Source: Octopus sinensis (Eukaryota). Taken from it: a stretch of DNA of 64,000 nt. The stretch spans positions 620,001-684,000 of the forward strand of contig NC_043016.1 of the NCBI RefSeq assembly GCF_006345805.1. The letters are read 5' to 3'. The notes below the pieces were generated by a model. The model was given only the letters and a program-made list of their open reading frames with translations, did no database searches and was not told where the DNA came from. The position numbers were made by a program, and so were the translations under genes. Shown here piece after piece: positions 13,241-25,439 of the stretch (positions within the stretch are counted from its first letter, which is position 1; each line of letters starts with the position of its first letter).

Positions 13241-13282
13241 CGCGACTGAAGATGAGCAAACTAGCTCGAAAGTGAGTCAGTC
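13241..13282 (+). ncRNA. Hammerhead-ribozyme-like core (degenerate)
   Basis: CTGAAGA-T-GAGC(aaacta)GCTC-GAAA-gtgag-TC has a perfect 4-bp helix II. Helix III is absent and helix I is out of register. Confidence 0.35.
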
Positions 13283-13788
13283 TTGTGATCCTGTTGTCTG
13301 CTGGAGGTTAGTAGGGGTTCGCTCCCCTGCTGGCGATATATATGTACAGGGTGCAGTGCTGCACCGATAACCAGCTGGCGGAAGATCTGCTAGTGTTAAA
13401 CTAATAGTACCATGGAACGACTACTTTGTTGTGGCGATTAAATTTACTTAGTATAGTTACTACCCTCACCTCTTCTTGCGATTTTACACCTAACTACTTA
13501 CTTTGATTTTAAAATATTTTTGCTCATTTCATTTTCGTTCCTAGATTTCCAACATCCGTTAACCTCAGCTGAACGGATGTGATACTTTCAGACCTTCACT
13601 GGTAAACAACACACGCCATATTTTTTAGTTCTCATGACTGCTGGCCTTATCTTACCTCCTCGTATAAAACCGATTCATAAACTAGCTTGTAATAGATTAT
13701 AATGTATTTTATTTGGAAATAATAATATGTCCACTCTATTAACGAAGTTGAGTGTGTTTTTTGACGCATAGATGTTTAGATAATGATT

Positions 13789-13850
<62 letters not shown>

Positions 13851-14167
13851 GTGCACATGTATGTACGTACGGCACGTATGTAGTTATATATGTAGCATAT
13901 ATATATATGTATATAACAATAATCTCTCTATCTCTCTCTTTATATATATTTCGATTTTGGATTTGGTTTGCAAGATTCTTTATGTGAGTATGTATGCATG
14001 TATGTTTGTAACTATGAATCTATCTATCTTTCTATCCTTTTAGCTATCTCTCTCTCTTTTTGTCTGTCTTTCTCCCTCTTTCTTTCTCTTCGTATTTCTT
14101 TCTCTTTCCCTCTCTCACTTTATATGCACACACACTGATAATGATATATATAAATATATATAAATAT

Positions 14168-14347
14168 AGGCATAGGTGTAATTGTTTGGTATGAAGTTTG
14201 CTTCTCGACGGGACTCTCGTTCAGCCTCACTGCGTGGCAATATGGGCAAGTGGTTCTGCTATAGTTTCGAGCCGATGAAAGGGTGTAAGTGGATTTGGTA
14301 TGTGGAACTGAAAGATGCCCATCATGTATATATATATATATATAATA

Positions 14348-14379
<32 letters not shown>

Positions 14380-14630
14380 TAATATATATATATTTATATA
14401 TGTATGTATGTATGTATGTGTGTGTGTGTGTGCGTGTATTATATCTATATATATATGTAGATAAAAACTTACTCAGAGTTTCACGATCCCATTCGTCGGA
14501 CACTTTTGTTTGGAATGTAATACATATTTGTCTGTAGGTGCCCTTGTGTCTGTACTTTTCACCCACAACCACTTGAGAGTTCGGTATCGGACACCAATAG
14601 AATGAATACAACACTTGAAAAATAAGTACG
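14168..14630 (+). mobile_element. Old, diverged SINE family A
   Basis: cactgcgtggcaatatgggcaagtgg...gtggatttggtatgtggaactgaaagatgccc, then a microsatellite, then gagttcggtatcggacaccaatagaatgaatac. Confidence 0.6.
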
Positions 14631-15149
14631 AAATGTGTGTGTTTGTGTGTGTGCGCGCGGTTTGGTTTAATTTTAAGATACATCTGGTGGATGCTCTAGT
14701 ATGTATTGTCCGTAATGTTTCTGGAAATTCGGAGTGTTTCGGCTGTTTCAACATCAGACCCTTTCGCTCAGTTGCTACAGCTGGGGCTGATCAAGTTCTA
14801 GCTTGCATTCCAATAGCAGCAAACCACTGGTCTGTCCGATTTATGCACAACGACCTACTGACAGTCTATGCATCTTCACTCATTCTTTTACTGCTCCAAC
14901 AAAATATATTTTGTGTCCCCTATGTAAGATCTTCAGGAACAAAAGAACAGTTTTAGAGAAGCTTTATAAGTTATACAGAAAGCATACAAGAAAATTATAT
15001 AAACATACAGACATACACACATACATGCATACACATATACATATTTACATACATACAGCCACTGCAATCATCATCGACGCTCCTTCACGAGAAGACAAAT
15101 TTGGAGCGAAGAGGTGGAATTTAACCAAAATTCGAAGTTATTATTCCTG

Positions 15150-16010
15150 TATTACAACCAAGACATACAGCATTGATGGTAATACTCTTATGATTGTATT
15201 CCATGAACTCCAGGATGTAAAATCACCTGGAATAGACTTGATTATTGGATACTGGTGCAAGAAGCTAACATTCTTCCGATCATATCTTATCAACATGTAT
15301 CAGCAAGCTCTCAAAGAGAATAATAGCGTACCAGGCTGGTTTGTTTTAGCAGAGACAAACGTGAACCCCAAAAGCAGAACCGCCCATATAGCAAAAAACT
15401 ACCGGTCAACTGCATGCCACAACTCTATGTATAAAATATATGCAACATGTTTGAACCTCTACCTCCAAGACCTTTATGAAACAGGTAACATCAACACAGC
15501 AGAACAAGCAGCTGGGAAGAAGGAATTTTGAAAATATGCCGAGCAACTGTTATTAAACTGAACTGTAATGTCAGAGGTGTGTGAGCATACAAGGAACCAA
15601 GTTTCAATGTAGCTAGATTACAAGAAAACCTTTCACTATTTCCTGCACACATGGATGCTAGAAGCCGTTTGACTTACAAAAGTTCCAGTTAGCATAGTCA
15701 AAGCCATAGCTGACCTGACTGCATCGTGAGCCACGATCTTGAAATTACATACTAGGAGTGATTTTGCTATGACTTATAGAATACAAAATTACAAAGGCAT
15801 ATTCTAAAGGAACAGCCTCTCTGTAATGTTGTTTATATTTTCTGTAAAACCTTCGTCTTTCATGTTTAGGAAATCTGAAGAATATATCACTGGTTCACAA
15901 GGAAACAGAAAGACCAAAATTAAACACTGTTCCTTTGTGGATGACTTGCAATTATATGCAAAGAATATGCATGAGATGAAAAAAAGTCTTGACCTGGTTA
16001 CAATACCCTC
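15150..16010 (+). mobile_element. R4/Dong-type LINE reverse transcriptase relic
   Basis: KSPGIDLIIGYWCKKL...KNYRSTACHNSMYKIYATCLN...AEQAAGKK, LDYKKTF...HTWMLEA and HCSFVDDLQLYAKN. Confidence 0.85.
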
Positions 16011-16186
16011 AATAACTTAACTGTTTTCCCGATATTTGATGAGGAATGTTTTAATGTAGATGAAAACATGTCTTACACAGGCACCTATAACAAATCACGT
16101 TTCATCAAAGAATATTACAACCGATTACAAAATAAATATGGAACTCAGAACATTCATTATCACACAACGATTCTTTAGGGAACGCT

Positions 16187-16512
16187 ATTTACATTATTTA
16201 CATTTTGACGGATATTTGTCCTCATCTTGTTTGTTGTTAATACAACGTTTCAGCTGATATACCCTCAAGCCTTCATCAGGTGTCTTGGTGAAATTTCGAA
16301 CCTGGGTTCTAATTCGTAAGGTATTTTTCGATGTTATAGTTATTATTTAATATTTTATAGGATTGAGGTAACTCCTCCAGTAGGTATACAGAAGCAAAAA
16401 AAAAAAAAAGATTGGCACTCTCCTTTTTTGGCTATTATTATTATTCAGGTCACTGCGCGGAATGGAAATCGGAATCTTGGGGTTAGTAGCCTGCGCTCCT
16501 AACCACTACGCC
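16187..16512 (-). mobile_element. tRNA-headed element with (TAA)n linker and hammerhead-like 3' part (left arm of inverted pair)
   Basis: Reverse complement: ggcgtagtggttaggagcgcaggctactaaccccaagattccg...cagtgacctgaataataa...gaacccaggttcgaaatttcaccaagacacCTGATGA...GAAACGTT...aacaaacaagatgaggacaaatatccgtc. Confidence 0.75.
16239..16284 (-). ncRNA. Minimal type I hammerhead ribozyme motif (Penelope-type, helix III reduced to palindromic ACGU)
   Basis: ACAC-CTGATGA-A-GGCT(T)GA[GGGTATA]TCAGCT-GAAA-CG-TT-GTAT. The core is intact, helix II has one bulge, and helix I pairs at 3 of 4 positions. Confidence 0.6.
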
Positions 16513-16580
16513 ATATGTCCTGGGCAATTACGGAGTGAACATTAGGCTTTATAAATCTAAGATTTTCCAACCCTTCCTTA

Positions 16581-16639
16581 GTAGTGGTTAAGAGCGCGGG
16601 CTACTAACCCAACATTCCGAGTTCGATTCCAGGCAGTGA

Positions 16640-16685
<46 letters not shown>

Positions 16686-16860
16686 TATTAATAATAATAA
16701 TAATAACTACAACAACATCGGAAAATATCTTAGGAATGAGAACCCAGGCTCGAAATGTCCCCAAGACAGCGAAACAAACAAGATGAGGACAAATATCCGT
16801 CAAATGTAAGTAATGTAAATAATACATTGATTCCTCATCTCTTAAATATAGAAGTGTATT
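16581..16860 (+). mobile_element. Second copy of the tRNA-headed element (right arm), hammerhead deleted
   Basis: gtagtggttaagagcgcgggctactaacccaacattccgagttcgattccaggcagtgacc(TAA)n...gaacccaggctcgaaatgtccccaagaca, then directly gcgaaacaaacaagatgaggacaaatatccgtc. Confidence 0.75.
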
Positions 16861-17569
16861 CTTAAGGGCAGATGACACGGCTTCGAAAACAAAAGCAACA
16901 CCATGTGGATCCTGGTTTCTGTTCCAGTCTCAAACTATGAGATGCAAGTAAACTGAAGTATATAACCGTTTTCCCAGCAGGAGTAACGTTTATCTTGTTC
17001 CAACCGGATACGTTTATTAACCAGATTTTACGAATATTCACTGACGAAGACATAGATATTATGTTGCGAGTTCAATAGTAGGTGCTGCATAGCCATATGT
17101 AGGAGGCAGGGCAGATGCAAGCTGTGCTTATACAAAGTATTAGAAAAACAAAAATTCAGTCTAATTAATAAATGTGATGAACTGATTATTAGGTCCTCGC
17201 ACTTACGCAGGAAAACTTTCTTATATATACTGAATGATTAACTCATATAATCATTAAAGTAGATATGTGTTCAGATCATTGCAATGCAATGAGAGGTATA
17301 GGGCCAATATAATGTTGTCGTTAGGATTCTAATACATTTATTATTTTTGTATTGTATTGATATTGATTTCCCTCTACATGTTCCGAATATCCGTTCTACG
17401 CTGCCTTCTGGTTTAACTTTAATCCTCTGGGTAACTTAGTCCCATCAATCACCGTGTTATTATATTATTTCTAATTGATATAATAACTGCCAAGTACTAG
17501 AGGGCGCTTCGGTTTCTGACTTCCACAACCTCTCACTTCCTTTTTCTGGTTCCATATTATTACTAAGAA

Positions 17570-18120
17570 CGCACGCGTGCAGAAATGCATACACACACGC
17601 ACGCACATACATACACATACGCAAACACGTACATACATACACAGGCACGTACTCACGCACGTACACACAGATACACACGCACGCACACATACACACACGC
17701 ACGCACATACATACACATACGCAAACACGCACATACATACACAGGCACGCACACACACACACGTACACACACACACACATACACACACACGCATGCATAC
17801 ACATACACACGCATGCACACACACACATACACACACACACGCACGCACACACACGCACACACACAACGTACAGGCTGTCAGTCTTACACCTGTGGTTGGT
17901 ATATTTCTTTAAGTTATCTAAACAGTAGAAAGTTTGTTTTGCCTTTGCCTTTCAACATTTTTTTTTGCATATGTATATATTTATATATATTTTTATATAT
18001 ACGTCAGTTTATATGACTATATATATACTTACCTATTGTATGTATGTGTGTATGTATGTATGTATGTATGTATGTATGTATGTATGTATGTATGTATGTA
18101 TGTATGCATGCATGTGTGTG
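17570..18120. repeat. Alternating purine-pyrimidine microsatellite mosaic ((CA)n, (CACG)n, (TATG)n)
   Basis: Directly visible. Confidence 0.95.
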
Positions 18121-18770
18121 GATGTGTATTGTATGTGTTTTAGAAATTTGTATATTAATGCATACAGTTTTGTGGCCGTAGTTACAGGATTTATTGTAAA
18201 TATGTTGTGCTTAATACGTCATATTATGGTTGTCTGGGTGCATACGTCACAAAATATGTTATGTAGAGTTTACGTTGTACTGTTACTGAATCTATGCGAG
18301 GTTGCTTTATTTTTTTTAATTAATATTTAACGTTTACTGGAATTATCTTAGTTTATCTCTGCATATTCAGCTTAATTATGATGCTTCTGTGTGTACTTTT
18401 CCGCAGTGCATGCATGTGTGTGTGTGTTTAGGTGTATGTTGGTATAAGAGATTTAGTTAATGTATGCAAGCATACATTAAAACTGTAGGTATGTGTGTAT
18501 ACAGCGTTATATTGTGTGTGTGTGTGTACGTTTTTAGGACAGTGTATGTACATATCGATATATATATATATATTAATTGTGTATGTATGAATTTCGTATG
18601 TATATATTTATTTGTGTAAAAGATGTGAGTCATGTATACACACGCTGAAGTTTATTTGTCCGTATTCATACATATGTGTGTATGCAATTGTATGTGAATA
18701 TGTGAACGTATTTGTATATTTGTCAGCTTATGTGTTATATATATATATATATATACATGAGGCTGACAAT

Positions 18771-18803
<33 letters not shown>

Positions 18804-20149
18804 CATATAAATATATAATATATATATATATATATAATATTATGTATATAATAACTACATAGTATATATAATAACATACACATACGGTATGTATGTACAC
18901 ATACGCTGAGTTTGTGTTTGCATCTGTATATAAACGTGTGTGTGCGTGTGTGTGTTGTGTGTGCGTGTATATGAAGTACTGTGTATTTATTTATTGTATA
19001 TCTATTTCTTTTTAAAGAAAATTTTCAAATGATAACAGATCTTCGTCTAAAATGTTGATGTCTAGTCATCTGTTACTGTTGACATAACATTTATGTAATG
19101 GCAGTTTGTTTTGGCTGCTTCACTTATTTCATAGTTAATTGTATATTTCTTCACGATAAATCTATAACTGTAGATATTAGAGGTTAAGCTGCTTGTAAAC
19201 AAAAGGTAAATATATTAATATTTCGACTTACTTTTGAAACTAAAACAGCTTTAGAGGTGATCATAAGACATTTGAATGTGGACTCACATCAATTTATTAA
19301 AACATACTGGATGCGTATATAAATGTGTGAGTATATATACATTTATGTAAACGTATAAATATATGTGAGTATATATACATTTATGTAAACGTATAAATAT
19401 ATATGTATATAAATATAGCTATATATGAAATATATAATATATAATTATATATATATACATATATATTCATACATATATATATATATATATGTATTTATTA
19501 TAAGTTTCTAGTTCGAATCACACGTGTCTCGAGGTGCGCCGAGGATGTTTCTATTTTGGATATATTTGGGGTACTTAAGTCTGCTTGGAACTTGGTGTTT
19601 GCTTCTTCCGTAGTTCATTTATATCTCGCGTATGTGCCGCTGAAGAGGGGAAAATTTCTTGTGAATTAACCCTTAAATTGGACCAATACGGTAATAACGA
19701 ATATTTTAGAGATTTCTATCGGTTTGCTTCGAGACGCATAAATTTAATGGTTATCGACAATTTTTTGTTTCGGCTTATCTGGCATTAGAAATTTTCTTCT
19801 GCCTTATCTTGCAAAGTATATATATATAAGTATATACATTTATATGTATATATATATATATAATATATATATATATATCATATAATATTTTTTTTATTTA
19901 TTATATAGAAGGAGCTTCTACAGGACTAGTACTGTTTCATTCAAGAGACATCTTCAGGAAGCTATTTAACAAGAATTGTATTAGCATTTATACATTTAGG
20001 CAGGTTTAAAGGAGAGGTGGTGGGGGACTTTTTTGGGGGTAGGCATAGCGCAAAAATATCATACTTGGGGGAGTGGTCAAGGAGTCAGTGGTAAGTAGAT
20101 GAAAGATAGATAAATAAAAAAAAAAAAAAAAAATAAAAATAAAAAATAA

Positions 20150-21070
20150 AAATGTGTGCACATACATACATAAACACATATACATACACACGCCACATAC
20201 GTACACATGTGTGCCCTATACATACCTACACATACACACATCCACATTCCATATATATATATATATATATATATACATAGATATATATAATTACACATAT
20301 ATATATACACAATATATATATACACAATCCAATACAGGCCCATTCCCTAATTTTAATTTTATTATCTTCATTTATTACTTTTGTTATCTTTGATCGCTAG
20401 AGCTAAGGATCCTGGCGATGGCAGCATGTCCAAATGTATGTTCTGTCACTAGAAGGCAAGTACTCGTTCCCGCACGCACACTCATTAGCCCGTACATACA
20501 CCCATTCGTACACTCATACACTACACGTACGCACGCGTTATTTCATACATACAAACACTACATACGTTCACGTATATACACATACTACTCTACCTACAGA
20601 TTCATGTCTACAACTTTAGGAGGCTAGTCTATATATATACCAATAAATATACATATATATACACACATATACATAGATATATACACATATACCATACAAC
20701 CAACACACACACCATATATATACTCCTACAATACAGATACATACCTATATAATATAATATCTACACCACATACACATACCACATATATATAGAAATACAT
20801 ATAGATACATACATATATATATATATATATATACATAATATATATATATATACATACATCCACACACCCCATATATATACACACACATACACACATCTAA
20901 TACATACACAAACATATACCACACATATATATATATATACATATATACCACATACATACACACACCTACATACATACAATACACACAAACACATACATAC
21001 GTAAACATACATACTACATCCATACATCCATACTTTACATGCACTATACGCATACAAACACACACCCATC

Positions 21071-21103
<33 letters not shown>

Positions 21104-21671
21104 TATATGCATATATATATATATATATATATATACCCACTCACACATACATATACAAATATACGCCCCAACTACATACATACATACACGTATACGCATA
21201 CCAACATACACATATACATGCGTACCCATACACGTGCACACACGCACATGCATCCATATGTATACACACACTCACATATATACACGTGTGCAAGCATACA
21301 TACATACTCATACACGCACATACTTACATATACATATATGCACACACTTACACACACATATACATACACATATACATGCATACATACATATATGCATACA
21401 TACACATACACGCACATACACATATACACATGCGTACCCATACGTGCACGCACGCACGCGCATCCATATATATACACACGCACACATATATATACACGTG
21501 TGCAAGCATACATACATACTCATACACGCGCACATACTTACATATACATATATGCACACACTTCCACACATATATACATACACATATACATGCATACATA
21601 CTTATATGCATACATACACACACGCGCGCACTCATATATACATATATATATACATACATACACATACATAC

Positions 21672-21712
<41 letters not shown>

Positions 21713-22016
21713 TATACATATACACACATACACACACACATATATACATACATATACACATACATATATATACATATACACATCACATACATGCACACAT
21801 ACACACACATACACATACACATACATACAATATATAATATATATACACATAGATACACATATACATACATTATACACACATACATACATATACATACACA
21901 CACACATACACATATACACGGATACACATACCCATACATATATATATATATATATATATACAACACACACCCATATACACATGCATATACTTATATCTCT
22001 ACATACTCACATATAA
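20150..22016. repeat. About 1.9-kb degenerate (TA)/(CA) microsatellite field running into the gap, containing a 212-bp-period internal duplication
   Basis: Marker catgcgtaccc occurs at 21217 and 21429, and cacgtgtgcaagcata at 21283 and 21495. Confidence 0.9.
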
Positions 22017-22116
22017 NNNNNNNNNNNNNNNNNNNNNNNNNNNNNNNNNNNNNNNNNNNNNNNNNNNNNNNNNNNNNNNNNNNNNNNNNNNNNNNNNNNN
22101 NNNNNNNNNNNNNNNN
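22017..22116. other. Assembly gap (100 N)
   Basis: A run of exactly 100 N. Confidence 1.
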
Positions 22117-23690
22117 CTCGGAGACCTGCGAAAAGAGATTTGGTGATGCTGCTGAGAAAGTATACGAAAGCGGGGCGGGGATGGATGGTTTTAAAACTTC
22201 AAATCCATAACTACTAAATGCAGAGTTGAAGATTTTGAGAAGTATGTTAGCTAAGTATAGCAAAATTTCCGCATTGGTCAGAGTAAATGGCCACTTCTCA
22301 GAATTGTTCCGTATGATGTGTTCAGTACACAAGCATGCTCCTTTTCGGCCAATCTGTATGTATTGATCCTTAACTCTGCATATTCAAGGGGCATTGCGAA
22401 CTCTAGGATGACGAAGATACTTGTTAGCATATTTGGACTATGTAACCGTAATATCGTCGGATGCCAAACACACCGAGGTGAATGATAGTCAGTAAAAGGA
22501 ACAAAAATTCAAACCAAACGTCGTTCAGAATGTAGTTCGGCATCTAGAGAAGGGTTTTGCTAACAACTCCGTGCGGTTTTGTTTGGTGAAAAACTCCAAG
22601 GGACAAGATCTGGAAAGAGTTGACAAGGAGAGTGGTAAGCCGAGAGGAATTTTATCTCTGAAGCGCCAAAATGTTGACGAGAAGAGTGGTTAGCTGAGAG
22701 GAATTTTATCTCTGAAGCGCCAAAATGTTGACGAGAAGAGTGGTTAGCTGAGAGGAATTTTATCTCTGAAGCGCCAGGCGGAAGAGACAAATATCTACAT
22801 TGCATCCGTCATCTATTTCCACTTCCCTGGGCAGAACGGAGGGCTAACACTTCTGGTTTGTTTTTGTTTTGTTAAGGCGACATTTGTTGTCAAAATCCGT
22901 TGCGTAAAACTGGGCATTCTGTGACTATTGATACTCCAGAATGTGCTGGCGTTTCTTCGACAATGAGCAGGTGTGGTTGCCCTTTCTTAGACAATTTTCC
23001 GCAGCTCGTTCATTTGACAGCTGCTGGGCTAGGTCAAGCAGAGATTAAAGTAGGGCGCCTTGCACCTGGAATGCTATCAGGCATACGTATCCCTTTTATC
23101 TGTCGGCAATGAGGTCCGAGGATGTTCCTACATGGTCATGTATAAAAAACTAGTGCAGAGTAAAAGCGTTGAAATCAATTAGCTATTCTGCTCGAGAGCA
23201 ATTTCAATAATTGCTAGAAATCACTGGCCTGACAGTGCTGCTGTGGTATCGATGCTTGGGAATATATTCTACAGATTTTACAGCGCCGCATGTCTCACCT
23301 GCACGAGATGCCCACAGTGTTGATACTGTTCTGCATGCGCTCGTACAGTGCTTGAACACTGCTGGCTTGTGGGATTATGTTGAACAATTGTTATCAGCCG
23401 ACTACATCGCGAAGGCACTTCACTACCTTCTTTTGACCAGAAGGGTAAGTAATTTTCCCCCGTCTGGTGGTGAAAGAAGTTGTGGTAGTGTATACGGCTG
23501 AAAGAACTGGAAAGAAACACTACCCTGTTCGCTCAAGCCCTAACCCTAATCAACTTTTTCAAGACCCACTTGGAAAGAAAAGTGAGGTTGAGAGAGAAGG
23601 TACACCCTTATAAGTTGCAAAAAGAAAAAAAAAATGGTGGATGGATGTAGAGAGAATCGCACAAATAAATGAATCTAATCTGCGCATGTG
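22117..23690 (+). mobile_element. Tx1/L1-clade LINE ORF2 relic (RT to C-terminal zinc finger and end)
   Basis: YSKISALVRVNGHFSELF, ILSLKRQAEETNIYIASVIYF, DTVLHALVQCLNTAGLWDYVEQLLS and FFKTHLERKVRLERE. Confidence 0.85.
22619..22775. repeat. 54-bp tandem repeat (about 3 copies) inside the Tx1 relic
   Basis: gagaggaattttatctctgaagcgcca starts at 22642, 22696 and 22750. Confidence 0.95.
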
Positions 23691-23944
23691 CATGTAGGCT
23701 GAAAATTATGGACGAGAGAAAAACCGTTGCCATGGCGCTCCTAATGAGCAAGATTGTTCGGGAACTCAGGGGTCCTTTGCTCGCTCTAGAATTGCTACTG
23801 TATCAGGATGACTGTATCATCATCATCTTGTTAATAATGTACATCATGAACATATTTTAAAATAATTCCATTCTATGTAAATCTCCATACTTTATATGTG
23901 ATGCTGATTCTTAGAACTCACCCATCTCTCGATAGTGACTCGGA

Positions 23945-24040
23945 AATATGCTTAACAGCATTTCTTCCGTTCTGAGTTCAAATCCTGTAAAGTCGTCTTA
24001 GCTATTCATCCTTCCGGGTCCGATGAAATATAGTAACAAT
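23945..24040 (+). mobile_element. SINE family B fragment (B box plus gtc..tttcatccttccggggtcgat-type central domain)
   Basis: atgcttaacagcatttcttccgttctgagttcaaatcctg...ctattcatccttccgggtccgatgaaat. Confidence 0.6.
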
Positions 24041-24084
24041 CTATGTTTGCGACTCTAACATGAAGCCCTTTAAAAACATCTTTT

Positions 24085-24372
24085 CTTCTTCTTCTTCTTC
24101 TTCTCTTCTTCTTCGTCTCTTCTTTCTTCTTCTTCTTCTCTTCTCCTCCTCCTCCTTCCTTTCTTCTTCTTCTTCTTTTCTTCTTCTTCTCCTCCTCCTT
24201 CTTCTTCTTCTTCTTTTCTTCTCCTTCTTCTTTTCTCCTTCTTCTTCTCCTTCTTCTCCTTCGTCTTCTTTTCTTCTTTCTTCTCCTTCTTCTTCGTCTT
24301 CTTCTTCTTCTTCTTTTTCTTCTTCTTCTTCTTCTTCTTCTTCTTCTTCTTCTTCTTCTTCTTCTTCTTCTT
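24085..24372. repeat. (TTC)n/(TCC)n polypyrimidine tract
   Basis: Directly visible; it abuts the 3' end of a minus-strand R4-type LINE. Confidence 0.95.
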
Positions 24373-24655
24373 GTATCTCTTTATCACAGGTTTTGTGGGC
24401 TTCTGGAGTCTTGCATGCGTAATGGGATTACTACCTGCAGCCTACAGTACCATGCTATTCGTTTTTTTCAAATATTTAATACTTTCCTAATTATTCTGGT
24501 CATGCCAAGGAGACAAATCTTTTGTAACAGTTCTTCTAGGCACTCTGTTCCAATTTCCTTTATATTCCTCTCAATGCCTTCTGATATTATTCCCAAGGAG
24601 CCAACAATAATTGGCACTATCTTGACCCTCATTTCCCGTCCAAGCAAACTTGTAT
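24373..24655 (-). mobile_element. R4/Dong-type LINE 3' end plus 3' UTR
   Basis: Minus strand: VKIVPIIVGSLGIISEGIERNIKEIG...LQKICLLGMTRIIRKVLNI*. Confidence 0.75.
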
Positions 24656-24659
24656 TTTC

Positions 24660-24790
24660 GTCTCTCCGGAGTCGATAAAATAAAGTACCAGTAAAGAATT
24701 CGGATTGATTTACCTCCTTCTCTCAAAACATTGTCTTGTGCCTAAATCCAAGACCATTAGTGTTATTGGCTTTATTGTCATATAGATGCC
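24660..24790 (+). mobile_element. SINE family B 3' fragment
   Basis: ccggagtcgataaaataaagtaccag...ttgtcttgtgcctaaat. Confidence 0.5.
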
Positions 24791-25439
24791 TGCCGTTGCC
24801 ATTTCACGGAGATCCCTATATTGTTATAATAATATATCAATCAATTTTTAGAAATGGTTCTATAGACCTAATCAAGTTCTGTTAATTACAAAAGGAATTA
24901 TAAATACATAACTCATCTTCCATAATATATTTATTTCAATGGTTAACAGTATTCGTAATTTCTGGAACGTGCTTACATGTATCTTGTATATTCTTTGATA
25001 TACCATATCATATTGAGTTCTACTCTGAACAACCTTCACAAGTCCTCTTATTGTTTATACTTGAAACACACCTATGACCATACTTAGAGGTAATCTATAA
25101 ATTACGGAAGTAATTATGTATAATTTCAGTCGAATCATATACGAATCATAGGCACATGTTATATCTGCTATGACTAACAGCACACACATTCACACACTCT
25201 AATATCTGGAAAGGTCATGAGATCTATCCTTAAAGGAAATTTTTAGAAATGCTTACGTAGTGATTATATCTATTACTCATTTCAGTCATATCAATAGAGA
25301 TGACAGATACATTACCTAATTGCTACAGATGTAATTCCTTGAATGTACAGCTCGCTTCTACAATTGTCTGTTTCACTGCCGAAGTTAGTGTTGCTCTGTG
25401 CATCACGGATACTTGCATTAGTTTTCGATTTTCTATTAC

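Noticed and set aside
14803-15531. 242-aa ORF as a host gene
   Set aside because: The C-terminal half is R4/Dong-type reverse transcriptase, and the N-terminal half runs through unrelated and microsatellite sequence.
16581-16641. Functional tRNA gene (apparent ACT anticodon)
   Set aside because: There is no proper acceptor stem, and it is embedded in a duplicated repeat with a (TAA)n linker. It is treated as a tRNA-derived head. The same reasoning applies to 29105-29181.
16867-16947. Possible exon (aag|...CAA|gtaaac; ADDTASKTKATPCGSWFLF)
   Set aside because: Weak acceptor with no pyrimidine tract and no recognisable homology.
19640-19957. Two further hammerhead-like starts (CTGAAGA at 19640 plus strand; reverse complement at 19951-19957)
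   Set aside because: The first lacks GAAA after the putative helix II, and the second has no helix II or helix I pairing. At most they are decayed Penelope termini.
22560-22805. Minus-strand 81-aa ORF with 18-aa repeats, read as a transposase or as a CRISPR-like array
   Set aside because: It is the antisense of a Tx1 RT containing a 54-bp tandem duplication. The repeats are contiguous with no unique spacers.
23538-23549. Telomere-like CCCTAACCCTAA (also CCTAACCTAACC at about 60006)
   Set aside because: Only two units each, which is expected by chance or within repeats.
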